Below, piece after piece: positions 26,312 to 57,445 of a stretch of 64,000 bases of DNA. A program made the translations under genes and the position numbers. Source of the DNA: Macrostomum lignano (Eukaryota); contig NIVC01003098.1 of NCBI GenBank assembly GCA_002269645.1, positions 55,489-119,488 of the forward strand, written 5' to 3'. Within the stretch, counting starts at the first letter, position 1, and the number at the start of each line of letters is the position of its first letter. The notes beneath the pieces were generated by a model, which was not told the origin of the DNA, did no database searches, and saw only the letters and a program-made list of their open reading frames with translations.

Positions 26312-26911
26312 GTCTTGTCTCAAATATTCTTGACTCCAAAATGGATAGAATATCTTCTGCCTTTTCTCTGCAACTTAACCAACTGCCGTACTGCCATAGC
26401 TCAGAAAGGTATCTATCCTGATTGCTTTCTGCACTCTGCAATCTTTCCTATTTATTTAATGACTTCTTGACTAGGCACAAATAAGCACCAGCAGATTCGT
26501 AGAACGGGATCCAGCTTTCCGAAGGGGAAGAAAATCCCCTTTCTTCATCATTTCGCTGCTCCACTGTCTTGTTTCTGTTTCCTCCCTCTCCATCTTATAG
26601 CCACTTCCTGTTTTCCTTGGTCCTGAGTGCAGCCACTTCCTTGCTACTCTAAGAGACAAGAAGTCTTGTCTTTACTTGCTGAAGTGCAAAAAACACAGGC
26701 CAGCCATTCATTACCTGAAAGGCTTAACAGAAGATGGGTTTAGGGAAGATGCCAATGCGAGTATCGTTTTTCAATCAGGAGATGAAGCACGCAAAGAAAC
26801 TTAGTCTATTAGAAATTGCTTTTCTCTTAGTCTCAGTAAAGCATTCGCATTATGCGATCAAAAATTAATATTGGGTCATGTTCGACTCCCAAAGAATACC
26901 TCTATCCTGCG

Positions 26912-27170
26912 AAGATCTATCCGATGGAGATCTATCCGATGGAGATCTATTCGATGGAGATCTATCCGATGGAGATCTATCCGATGGAGATCTATCCGAT
27001 GAAGCTCTATCCGATGAAGATCTATCCGATGGAGATCTACATGTATCCGGTGGAGATCTACTCGGGGAGATCTATCCAGGTGGAGATCTTTCCAATGAAG
27101 ACCAATCTCATGGAGATCTATCCAGGTAGTTCTATCCGGTGTAGATCTATCCGGTAGAGATCTATCCGAC
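26912..27170. repeat. 15-bp minisatellite
   Basis: Unit GATCTATCCGATGGA, degenerating 3'. Confidence 0.9.
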
Positions 27171-27669
27171 AGGTCAATCTGATGAGATCTGTTTGATGAA
27201 CCTACCCAAAGTGACAGAGATCCAACCAGAGAGATCGCAAATATGCCTTCAAGGTTTTGAATCTCCGCAAATCTGAAACTTGAGCCTCCTGACCAAGGCT
27301 TAAGGGCCTCTCCACCGTCTTGAAGCGAAGCTGGGTAAGGAAAGCTCTTCGTGTCTGAGTGGCCCCGCGTGCTTCACGAACGGATAACGATAGTAAAGAA
27401 TCACTGCTGCATCCAGTCTGAAGCATGACCTGACCTGTATGCGGCGCTATCAGGTAATCCAAGTTGCTAATTGGTCTAATTTTGACATTTCCTTTTACAT
27501 TTTTAATTTTTCCTTGAGTCTCACTGTAGCTGTAATCTGACACAGTCTCCTGACACAGCTCCCTCGCATATGTCAGGCGCATCCACGTGCTAGCATGGCG
27601 TAAAACCATCAGTGCAGTTCGAGATTTAACTTACACAATATTTTGCCCTGTCATAAATCTACCTTGCAG

Positions 27670-29339
27670 TCTGGTATGAGGATGCAAACAAGATTTTAGC
27701 GGATGGGAAGAAGGAAAACTTCGTGAGAGGAATTTTCAGAAAAAAATGGTGATTTATCGCATAGCTTGAGGAGTGCAACTTTTTCGAACCATTCGAGGCC
27801 AGCCTCCAAAAATGTCTTTGTTCCAGTCTGAGGGAGGTGACTGCTCCTTAACCCATGTAGTCTAGGTTAGCAATCCATTCTCTTCCTTAACCCATGTAGT
27901 CTAGGTTAGCAATCCATTCTATTCCTTAACCCATGTAGTCTAGGTTAGCAATCCATTCTCTTCCTTAACCCATGTAGTCTAGGTTAGTAATTCATTCTAT
28001 TCCTTAACCCATGTAGTCTAGGTTAGCAATCCATTCTCTTCCTTAACCCATGTAGTCTAGGTTAGCAATCCATTCTCTTCCTTAACCCATGTAGTCTAGG
28101 TTAGCAATCCATTCTCTTCCTTAACCCATGTAGTCTAGGTTAGCAATCCATTCTCTTCCTTAACCCATGTAGTCTAGGTTAGCAATCCATTCTGTTCCTT
28201 AACCCATGTAGTCTAGGTTAGTAATTCATTCTATTCCTTAACCCATGTAGTCTAGGTTAGCAATCCATTCTCTTCCTTAACCCATGTAGTCTAGGTTAGC
28301 AATCCATTCTCTTCCTTAACCCATGTAGTCTAGGTGAGCAATCCATTCTCTTCCTTAACCCATGTAGTCTAGGTTAGCAATCCATTCTCTTCCTTAACCC
28401 ATGTAGTCTAGGTTAGTAATTCATTCTATTCCTTAACCCATGTAGTCTAGGTTAGCAATCCATTCTCCTCCTTAACCCATGTAGTCTAGGTTAGCAATCC
28501 ATTCTCTTCCTTAACCCATGTAGTCTAGGTTAGCAATCCATTCTGTTCCTTAACCCATGTAGTCTAGGTTAGTAATTCATTCTATTCCTTAACCCGTGTA
28601 GTCTAGGTGAGCAATCCATTCTATTCCTAAATTCGTGTATTGAGTAGATTAGCAATCCATTCTATCCCTTAATCCATGTCGGCTTGACTTTACATAGAAA
28701 TAGACAGTTAACATCATTTTTATTTATTCCATTTTGTTTATTTGCACTATTATAAGTAGTCAATGCTGCTTACAACAATAAAAAAGATTTTTGCTGCTAC
28801 AGGCTTGTCATTGAGACATTTGTACTCTGGAACTCTGGCTATAGACTGAGATCTCACTCAGCTAATTCTTGTTTCAGAAATTAGAAAGAAAAAAAAAGAA
28901 ATTGCCACTCTGAGCAGAGTACGGTTAAGCACTGTCTCAGAAGTTGCTAGCGAAGCCAACTCGCGCCTCAACTCCAGAGCGAGAGTTTAACGTTGGCGCC
29001 TGCACTGTGTAAGCAGAAAAAAGTTAACAAATTTCCTCAGGATTTCTCCCAAAGGCGTTCAAGGTTGACTCACTCTCCAAAATTTCATATTTGCACTGCC
29101 CCCTCACATGGAGATCATTATTATTTGACTGAAAGCGTGCACTACTGAAGCAGAAGAAAGCTACCGTTTTTCATTTTGTTAGCAATAAATTCAAAAAATC
29201 TCTCCATCTGGACTTATCAATTGCAAATGCAGTCAAGCTTCCTTTTTCGATGTTCATTCAGATTTACCAGATTATCGATGCAAATTTGAAGAACTTATCT
29301 TGGGAGATCGACAGCCAAGATGACGGAAGAGAAGCGTCG
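27670..29339 (+). CDS. Tentative multi-exon gene fragment (unknown, possibly coiled-coil)
   Basis: Candidate exons with AG/GT boundaries: 27670-27722 (WYEDANKILADGKKENF), 27765-27836 (LEECNFFEPFEASLQKCLCSSLRE), 28878-28918 (basic; 41 nt, needs one more A in the A9 run for a phase 0-0 join) and 29262-29339 (IYQIIDANLKNLSWEIDSQDDGREAS|GTGAGT). No start, stop or homologue recognised. Confidence 0.3.
27846..28672. repeat. 39-bp minisatellite
   Basis: Unit CCTTAACCCATGTAGTCTAGGTTAGCAATCCATTCTCTT, ~21 copies. Confidence 0.96.
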
Positions 29340-30730
29340 GTGAGTGGACAAGAAGCTTCGGTGAGTGGACAAGAAGGGTCGGTGAGTGGACAAGAGTCGT
29401 CGGTGAGTGGACAAAAAGCGTCGGTGAGTGGACAAGAAGCGTCGGTGAGTGGACAAGAAGGGTCGGTGAGTGGACAAGAGTCGTCGGTGAGTGGACAAGA
29501 AGCGTCAGTGAGTGGACAAGAAAGGTCGGTGAGTGGACAAGAAGCGTCGGTGAGTGGACAAGAAGCGTCGGTGAGTGGACAAGAAGGGTCGGTGAGTGGA
29601 CAAGAGTCGTCGGTGAGTGGACAAGAAGGGTCGGTGAGTGGACAAGAAGGGTCGGTTAGTGGACAAGAATCGTCGGTTAGTGGACAAGAAGCGTCGGTGA
29701 ATGGACAAGAGTCGTCGGTGAGTGGACAAGAAGCGTCAGTGAGTGGACAAGAAGCGTCGGTGAGTGGACAAGAGTCGTCGGTGAGTGGACAAGAAGGGTC
29801 GGTGAGTGGACAAGAGTCGTCGGTGAGTGGACAAGAAGCGTCGGTGAGTGGACAAGAAGGGTCGGTGAGTGGACAAGAAGCGTCGGTGAGTGGACAAGAA
29901 GCGTCGGTGAGTGGACAAAAAGCGTCGGTGAGTGGACAAGAAGCGTCGGTGAGTGGACAAGAAGGGTCGGTGAGTGGACAAGAGTCGTCGGTGAGTGGAC
30001 AAGAAGCGTCAGTGAGTGGACAAGAAAGGTCGGTGAGTGGACAAGAAGCGTCGGTGAGTGGACAAGAAGCGTCGGTGAGTGGACAAGAAGGGTCGGTGAG
30101 TGGACAAGAGTCGTCGGTGAGTGGACAAGAAGGGTCGGTGAGTGGACAAGAAGGGTCGGTTAGTGGACAAGAATCGTCGGTTAGTGGACAAGAAGCGTCG
30201 GTGAATGGACAAGAGTCGTCGGTGAGTGGACAAGAAGCGTCAGTGAGTGGACAAGAAGCGTCGGTGAGTGGACAAGAGTCGTCGGTGAGTGGACAAGAAG
30301 GGTCGGTGAGTGGACAAGAGTCGTCGGTGAGTGGACAAGAAGCGTCGGTGAGTGGACAAGAAGGGTCGGTGAGTGGACAAGAAGCGTCGGTGAGTGGACA
30401 AGAAGCGTCGGTGAGTGGACAAGAAGCGTCGGTGAGTGGACAAGAAGGGTCGGTGAGTGGACAAGAGTCGTCGGTGAGTGGACAAGAAGCGTCAGTGAGT
30501 GGACAAGAAGCGTCGGTGAGTGGACAAGAAGGGTCGGTGAGTGGACAAGAAGCGTCGGTGAGTGGAAAAGAAGCGTCGGTGAGTGGACAAGAAGCGTCGG
30601 TGAGTGGACAAGAAGGGTCGGTGAGTGGACAAGAGTCGTCGGTGAGTGGACAAGAAGCGTCAGTGAGTGGACAAGAAGCGTCGGTGAGTGGACAAGAGTC
30701 GTCGGTGAATGGACATGAGGCATCGGTGAA
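29331..30730. repeat. 21-bp minisatellite with 504-bp internal duplication
   Basis: Unit GAAGCGTCGGTGAGTGGACAA, ~67 copies, stop-free in one frame on each strand (source of the 532-aa and 518-aa ORFs). Confidence 0.97.
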
Positions 30731-31602
30731 TAGACACAGCAAGAACCTGCCTCCAGGAAGTTTGAGCAGCCGCGGCGCAGAGGGGTATTGCGCAACCGGC
30801 AAGTCAATATCGCAAGTCAAGGCAGGGTCGAACCAACAGCCGGAATAGATTCGAATTCGGAACAGAAAAAGAGGGCGATGGTTTTTTTATGATTATTACA
30901 TGGCGATAATTTACAGCCGCTTGCAAGTCGTCTAGCAGGACTATTGATTCACCTTCATCTTCTCTCCCAATATCCGCCCTACACCTGTCTGTGCGTCAGA
31001 CAATGCACTGCACAGACAATGGCGAAATTGAGGCTGAGTCATCCTGAGTACGGGATTGGCAAATTCATAAATGGAAACCCTGGCTGATGCTTCTGTCTTT
31101 TTTCATTCCATTTTTAGTCGCTAATCGCTGTGACAAATGAGTGAGTGGAAAAAAATCAAGCAAAAGCTGCATGCCACTCCACAGTTAGTCAGAGATTTGA
31201 GCACAAAAACCACCGTCTGTTGCTCAAAATTTGCTTCCAAGGCTAGGAAATGTGTGAACTGGGAAATGGGATATTTTCGCGGCACATATATCGTTTGTTG
31301 AGGCTCTGTCAGTCTGTCAATAAAGCGCTGTGCACTGATGCTCCATAAAAACTGACTGGGGCGTTTTTCCATACCCCCTATCGTCCGTTCTCTCCTGCCG
31401 TCTGGCCCTGCACAGTCCACGGTGTTTGTCCAGCCACTCGGATGGACAGCTGTGCCCATGGCCTGTCTGCCTGCTTGTGCTCGCAATGGGGCTTGGTGAG
31501 GTGTCAACTAAAAGTAGGCTGGGTGTCTCCATTTCTTGTAGCCCTAGACAGCGAGTTCTAGGCCGAGAATCTGGACTGGGGAAACCAAGCCCAAAGACAC
31601 CG

Positions 31603-32073
31603 CCCCCTTAAAGACACCGCCCCCTCCCAAAGACACCGCCCCCTCCCAAAGACACCGCCCCCTCCCAAAGACACCGCCCCCTCCCAAAGACACCGCCCAC
31701 TCCCAAAGACACCGCCCCCTCCCAAAGACACCGCCCCCTCCCAAAGACACCGCCCACTCCCAAAGACACCGCCCACTCCCAAAGACACCGCCCCCTCCCA
31801 AAGACACCGCCCCCTCCCAAAGACACCGCCCACTCCCAAAGACACCGCCCCTACCAAAGACACCGCCCACCCCCAAAGACACCGCCCACTCCCAAAGACA
31901 CCGCCCCCTACCAAAGACACCGCCCACCCCCCAAAGACACCGCCCACTCCCAAAGACACCGCCCCCTACCAAAGACACCGCCCACCCCCCAAAGACACCG
32001 CCCCTCCCAAAGACACCGCCCCCTACCAAAGACACCACCCCCTCCCATAGACACCGCCCCTACCAAAGACACC
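31603..32073. repeat. 19-bp C-rich minisatellite
   Basis: Unit CCAAAGACACCGCCCCCTC; abuts SINE copy 2. Confidence 0.95.
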
Positions 32074-32075
32074 GT

Positions 32076-32273
32076 GGATACGTACGCAGTCATACGTACA
32101 GGCACGCACTCACACAGATGTGTACAGCAGCCCTAACTTTATTTATCTTTAGGCATGTACACTTCAAATTTAGTGATTAAAATTTAGCCCCAAGTTAATG
32201 TGACTGCACTTGGAATCGAGCCTGGGCCGCTGGCACATCAGAGCGCCGCGTTTGACCACTGGGCTACGACCCC
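32076..32273 (-). mobile_element. tRNA-derived SINE, copy 2 (internal deletion, 3' truncated)
   Basis: Head GGGGTCGTAGCCCAGTGGTCAAACGC...CCAGGCTCGATTCC; shares GTGCAGTCAC and AGTGTACATGCCT...GTTAGGGC with copy 1. Confidence 0.75.
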
Positions 32274-32599
32274 CTTGTTCTTGCGCTGAAGAAGGAGGCC
32301 AGCGGGGCTGACCAATCAGTGAGGGGTGTCGGGGTAGCGCAAATCTTCAATCGGGGTATATTAGCTCGTTTCGCAGTTAAGTTTGCCTGCCAGTCAGTTC
32401 AAGATTCAAGGCACCCTGAGAGGCGATTACCATCGAGGAACATTTATAGGGTGAGGCCGATGTTGCTTTTAGTGTTGGCTTCGTGCTTTTGTGCTGTTGC
32501 ACTGCCGGCCTGGAGATAGCAAATCTGCACTGGAGTCACGACAAGCAGACGGACAGATACTAAGACACGCAAAGCAAACACAAGACAAGGCAATAGGAC

Positions 32600-33150
32600 A
32601 GAGAATAAGACTAAGACACACAAAAAGACACACTAAGACAAGCGTCAAGACAGACAGTAAAACAGACACTAAGACAGACAGTCCCAGACACTAGGACAGA
32701 CACTAAGGCACCATGAAGACACTGCCCTCGTAAGACAGACACAGAGAGACTGAGACAGACAATAGGCCAGCAATAAGACAAAAACTAAGACAGACACTAA
32801 GATACACACTAAGACACACTAAGACACACTAAGACGCACACTAAAACACACTAAGACACACACTAAAGACACAATAAGACACACACTAAAACACACACTA
32901 AGACACACTAAAACACACACTAAAGACACACTAAAACACACACTAAGACACACTAGACAGTCACCAAGACAGGCACTGTCTTGCCTGTCAGAAACTACGT
33001 ATCAGCGTACTACGTACTACGTACTACGAAACTAGGCAAAAACTACGACAAACGTTAAGACAGACAGTCCCAGACACTAGGACAGACACTAAGACACCAA
33101 GAAGACACTGCTGTCGAAAGACAGACACAGAGAGACTGAGACAGACCCTA
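32600..33150. repeat. Degenerate CTAAGACACA-type low-complexity repeat
   Basis: Many CTAAGACAC(A) words; a ~90-bp block (AGACAGTCCCAGACACTAGG...) occurs twice, at ~32677 and ~33063. Confidence 0.8.
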
Positions 33151-34419
33151 AGAACAGACAGGCTCCAATCAAGCTGGCTGCTCAGCGAATCTTCCTCGAA
33201 CTCGAACAAAGTTTTCTTTTGGCAGGCAACTCCATCCTATCCAGCCTCCCAGATGCTGCTAATCCTGAGGCTATCGATCCGCGATTTTGTGGCCAAATCT
33301 CTCTCCTCCCTGTCCCCTTTTTTCGAGCGCAAGAAACCGAGGATACTGAGTTCAGGTCGAGTCAGGGAAAGGGGAGGGCAGGGGAGAAAAGGGAACGCAT
33401 GCTTCCCCAGCAGATCGAGTCTGCCAGAAGTACATCGCTGCCCCACCCACCGGGGGGTCTACGAGAGACATTGAGACACAAACGGACTAGCTGATACAAA
33501 AAGTACATGGAAACTTTTTTCCAGTAATTATCGCTCTAGCCTCCCTGTCGGCTCAAGCGCCTCCCGTTCAAAGTGCTCTCGGGAAAATCTCACCCCTCTT
33601 TCAATTTATCCCTTTCATCCGCCGCTCCTTTCACCGCCTTTCCCCATGCGGCTAGTGGCTAATAGTAGGTAGACATTCTCTCCTTCTCCTTTTCCCTCAC
33701 CCTCTTTGCCCCCCTCAAACCGCCTGCGCGTGTTCTTCATCAACTACGAACCACCGTCCAGCCTCTCGTGTCTCTAGGACCAGCCGGTGCCAGCAGAACC
33801 CTCTCTTACCATCTCCTGTCCTGTCTGCACTTCGCCTAGGGGTGGAGGGGGGAGCAGACACAGGAGAGGAGGAGACTGGTTCCTCATTCTCACTGCCTCG
33901 GACTGCACATTGTCTGTCTCTGTTTCCCTCTCCCGTCTGGTCCAAATCATCACATTTTCACTCCCCACCTCCGTCCCCAACACACGGGTAAGAACCCAGC
34001 CTTGCCAGCTTCCCTTTCCCCATCCAGCAGCCGGGGTTCTCAGTTCCTCTTTACTATTATAAAGCAGGGAGCCAATGAACAGGCGGACGCGGACAGGGGG
34101 GAGAAGGGAATCGGTTGGAGGGTGGGAGCCGCCTGAGTGGATTGGGCCTGGAGACACATTTTCTAATTCCTCTCCAGCTAGCCCCCCCCTGCTCCGCCAC
34201 CGCACAACAGGCCCCGTCCGCTCCTAGATTCCTCCAAGCCCAACAGCGCGTGCTCAATAAAATAGAAAATCATCAACAACCCTAGTCATCCGTCTATCGG
34301 AGTTCGTTCCTTGTATTTTACTCAAACCGACTAATCTAGTCTCTGTGTCTGGACATTTCCGTCAAAATTAATTTTAACGATTGTTCCAGAGCGCTAGCTA
34401 ACCCGAACGCAAGAGTAAA

Positions 34420-54433
<20,014 letters not shown>

Positions 54434-55259
54434 AAACCTGTTTCAGTCTGTTAGTACATCTTAGTCCCCCAATAGGATAGCTAATGTACACCCTTGCTGC
54501 AGTTCCGAATTTTCCAGCGATTTCTACATAATGAAGTTCGTATACTTACATCAGTGTGTCTGAACAGTCCTGCACCTCAAGGATTTGAATGACTCTCCCT
54601 GTCCAGTCAATGGTCAACAAGTTAGCAACGTACAACAATTAATGAATGAAGACACATAGCAAAGTGTACCACCTGCTACCCCATTTTGCCTCCGTACACA
54701 TTCGCTTGTTCTTTTTAACTTTTTCAACATCGCTTGTTGTAATTCTGTTCCGTCTGTTTCAAAAAATTCGAAATCTGCTGTTCAGAGAGCAACATCACAG
54801 CAACAGCCATTCCCTAGCATGCGAACTGTTTCACCTGCAATCTCTCTCAGTTAGACTTTAAGATTCTGTAGGTTTCTCTATTATATAGTTCAATAAAGTG
54901 TTTAAAATATTCCATTGGCTTAAATTATATTGTTAGTTAATGTTAGTAGTACCTAAAATCCTCAAAATCTAGCAATAATGAACGCATTGAAAAAAATTTG
55001 TGTTTTTTGTTTGAATTGGCTTTGCAATACGCTTTTCAAATGTGAATTTTTATTCGATCTAAATTGTCGCTTTTTCAATGCTGGCGTTAGTTAGGTTTTT
55101 CGCTACTCGTAAGATAAAAAAGTTCGAGAAACTTTATTGTTCTCAAAGTCTACTTTTAAAAAACTTGCTAAATTAGTCTTTTAAATTTTTGCTTCCCTTC
55201 AATGTTCAACTATTATGTATGCCTGTGTAATGTCTAAAAAAGAAGACAAAATTACATTT

Positions 55260-56976
55260 TTAACCGCTTAGCGAGCAGCAAATTGTTTGTTTTTCTCATC
55301 ATCATCGGTTTATTTTTAAAAGAAAAAACTGTACCGGTTGAAATTTATGTACCGGCAAAATAGGGTTTTTGTGAAGTTTAGTCGTGCTTTGAGCAGCAAA
55401 CCAGACCGCAGGTTTTGTACGTAAAGCTTCATTATATCTTTATACTTACATGCTTTGCTCTTTTGCCTGAGTTGGAGTTCACTTTCGCTGCTGTTATACA
55501 CACGGTTGCTCAATCCAATTTAATCGAGGTAAGATTTAGCTAACAAAATTTGAATTATTTCAAAAACTTTGGAAAGCCGGTGCAGACCTTTAGAAATTAA
55601 AAAATAATATTTACTTACAGTTCTTAAATTATATATAATTTAGAAAACTTTTCGTAACTTCGACAACAAAGTTTTGTATGTCGGTTTTTATAAAATAATA
55701 AGTATCCTAGTAGCTACTAGTAGTATGAGATAAAAACAATTTATAAAATCCATGTCAATCCTGCAGCAGTAATTCCGGTAGCTTTTATGTTAGATTTTTG
55801 CGTTGCCTAATTTTGTAACAAAAGTTTCGTTTAATATACGATTATTATTACAAATATACTTTGTAATATTCTGAATATTTTATATAACCATAGAAAACCT
55901 CAAAATGCGTGGTTGAAACTTAGCTATCAAATTGAAATGACCGATTTTGCATTTTGGCGTCAATTTAAATGATACATAAATTAAGTTGCCCGAAATTTCA
56001 AGTATAAAAAATGCAGGAGCAGGATTGTCATTAATTTTATTGGTTTCATTGCGCGAGCACCATGCAGCGTGGATAGGAGGCTTACCCAGCACCATTTAGA
56101 AAATATAAATTTAGATTTTATCAACTATTTGGTTAGTTCAAACAAATTACGAACTTAATTGCGCTATACGCTTTCCGTGTGTTCTTGTCGTTTTTCTTTG
56201 TCGCGTTGATCGTTTTCAGTTGCTTGCAATTTTAACCCATTAAGCTCCATGGCAAACTTGAATTCCCGATCGAGTCGACGGGGACTCTGCATAATCAATT
56301 TTTTACTTACTACCTACTCGTTTGTCTATCTGCTTTCTGCATACCAAATATATTCTAGAAAATTGTATGCGTTCCTTGAAAAAAATCTGTCAAGACTTTC
56401 TTTAACTTCCTTCGATTTCTTCAGCTCGCGTGAAGCCATCCGGTATGCATGGACCGATTGAAAGAAAAAATCAAAAGGCAAGCAGTTATAGCAGTGATGA
56501 GGCATCGATGCGTGTGTAGCAGGAGTCGGCAAGTTTTTTTACTTCAGGGGACAGAAAAAAAACCTAGCTAATGGCTTCGGGCCAGATGAGAGCGGAAACT
56601 AAAAGGAATAAAAAGAGAAGGAGAGAAGTGAAGAGAGATGAGATATGGGATGAGAGAAGATATGAGAGAGAATATGATAAGAGGAGATCGAGAGAGGAGG
56701 GAGAGCTAGGAGAGAAGAGAGCTTGAGCGGGCCGGAATGCTGTTGTGAAATTTCAAAGAAACCGAGGGCCGGATTCGGAGGATGCAGAGGAAGAAGGAAA
56801 AATTTGGCCACGTTGCAGTTTTACGAGTATCAGCAGTAATTTTACTAGCGAATTGGAGGTAAGATCTTCATCACTCGGAAACGAATATAGCTGTTAGCTG
56901 TGCAATATAAATATTTACCAGCATACATGTATATTAGCACTTCTTAAAACCTTGCCAAAGACGTTAAAGCGGTTAA
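55260..56976. mobile_element. Possible non-autonomous piggyBac-like element
   Basis: TTAA-CCGCTT at 55260-55269 and AAGCGG-TTAA at 56967-56976 (TTAA TSD plus short TIR). The match is short and there is no transposase. Confidence 0.3.
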
Positions 56977-57445
56977 AATAGTCAGTCTGCCAAAAAGAAG
57001 TGCAGTCGAAGTGCACTACAGTATAAATACAAATGTGTAGCTACAGAGCGCCATAAATGAAAACCCAGCAGTGTTTCCTTGGGCTTCCAGAAAAAATATT
57101 GATAAGTAGGAATTTTTGCGATTAAAATTTAAAGTGTGCAACGCAAGTGCAATTAAAATATTGGCTGTGATAAGTACGTTGTTGGGTGCAGGTTGCTAGC
57201 GTGCTCAGATAAAGCGGAAGGACGCAATAGCAAGATAGGAAATTTTAGTTTTTTTACGATTCGCGAGTGTATAGCGTCCCTCTGCTTCAGTTTTCCATGA
57301 TCGCCAGTGGTGGCTGAATGAGTCGAAAGCCCACTCTCTCAGTGGCTGCATGTAATATCTAATATAACTTGAGTGAGGTGTGACAACAGCTAATAAAACT
57401 AACAACTCAGTTAACTCAAGTAGCGACTCGACACAGTTTAACTAC

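Noticed and set aside
27175-27205. Hammerhead ribozyme core (CTGATGAG...GAAC); also CTGATGA at ~16347
   Set aside because: No GAAA after a correctly registered stem II, and no stems I or III.
29250-30848. 532-aa (+) and 518-aa (-) ORFs as stand-alone genes
   Set aside because: Both are open because a 21-bp stop-free unit is repeated. Only the flanks are unique. Treated as repeat plus a candidate exon.
30770-30885. Minus-strand YSGCWFDP...CDIDL resembling a WSC-domain start
   Set aside because: There is an in-frame stop just upstream with no AG acceptor in between, and the remaining WSC cysteines are absent.
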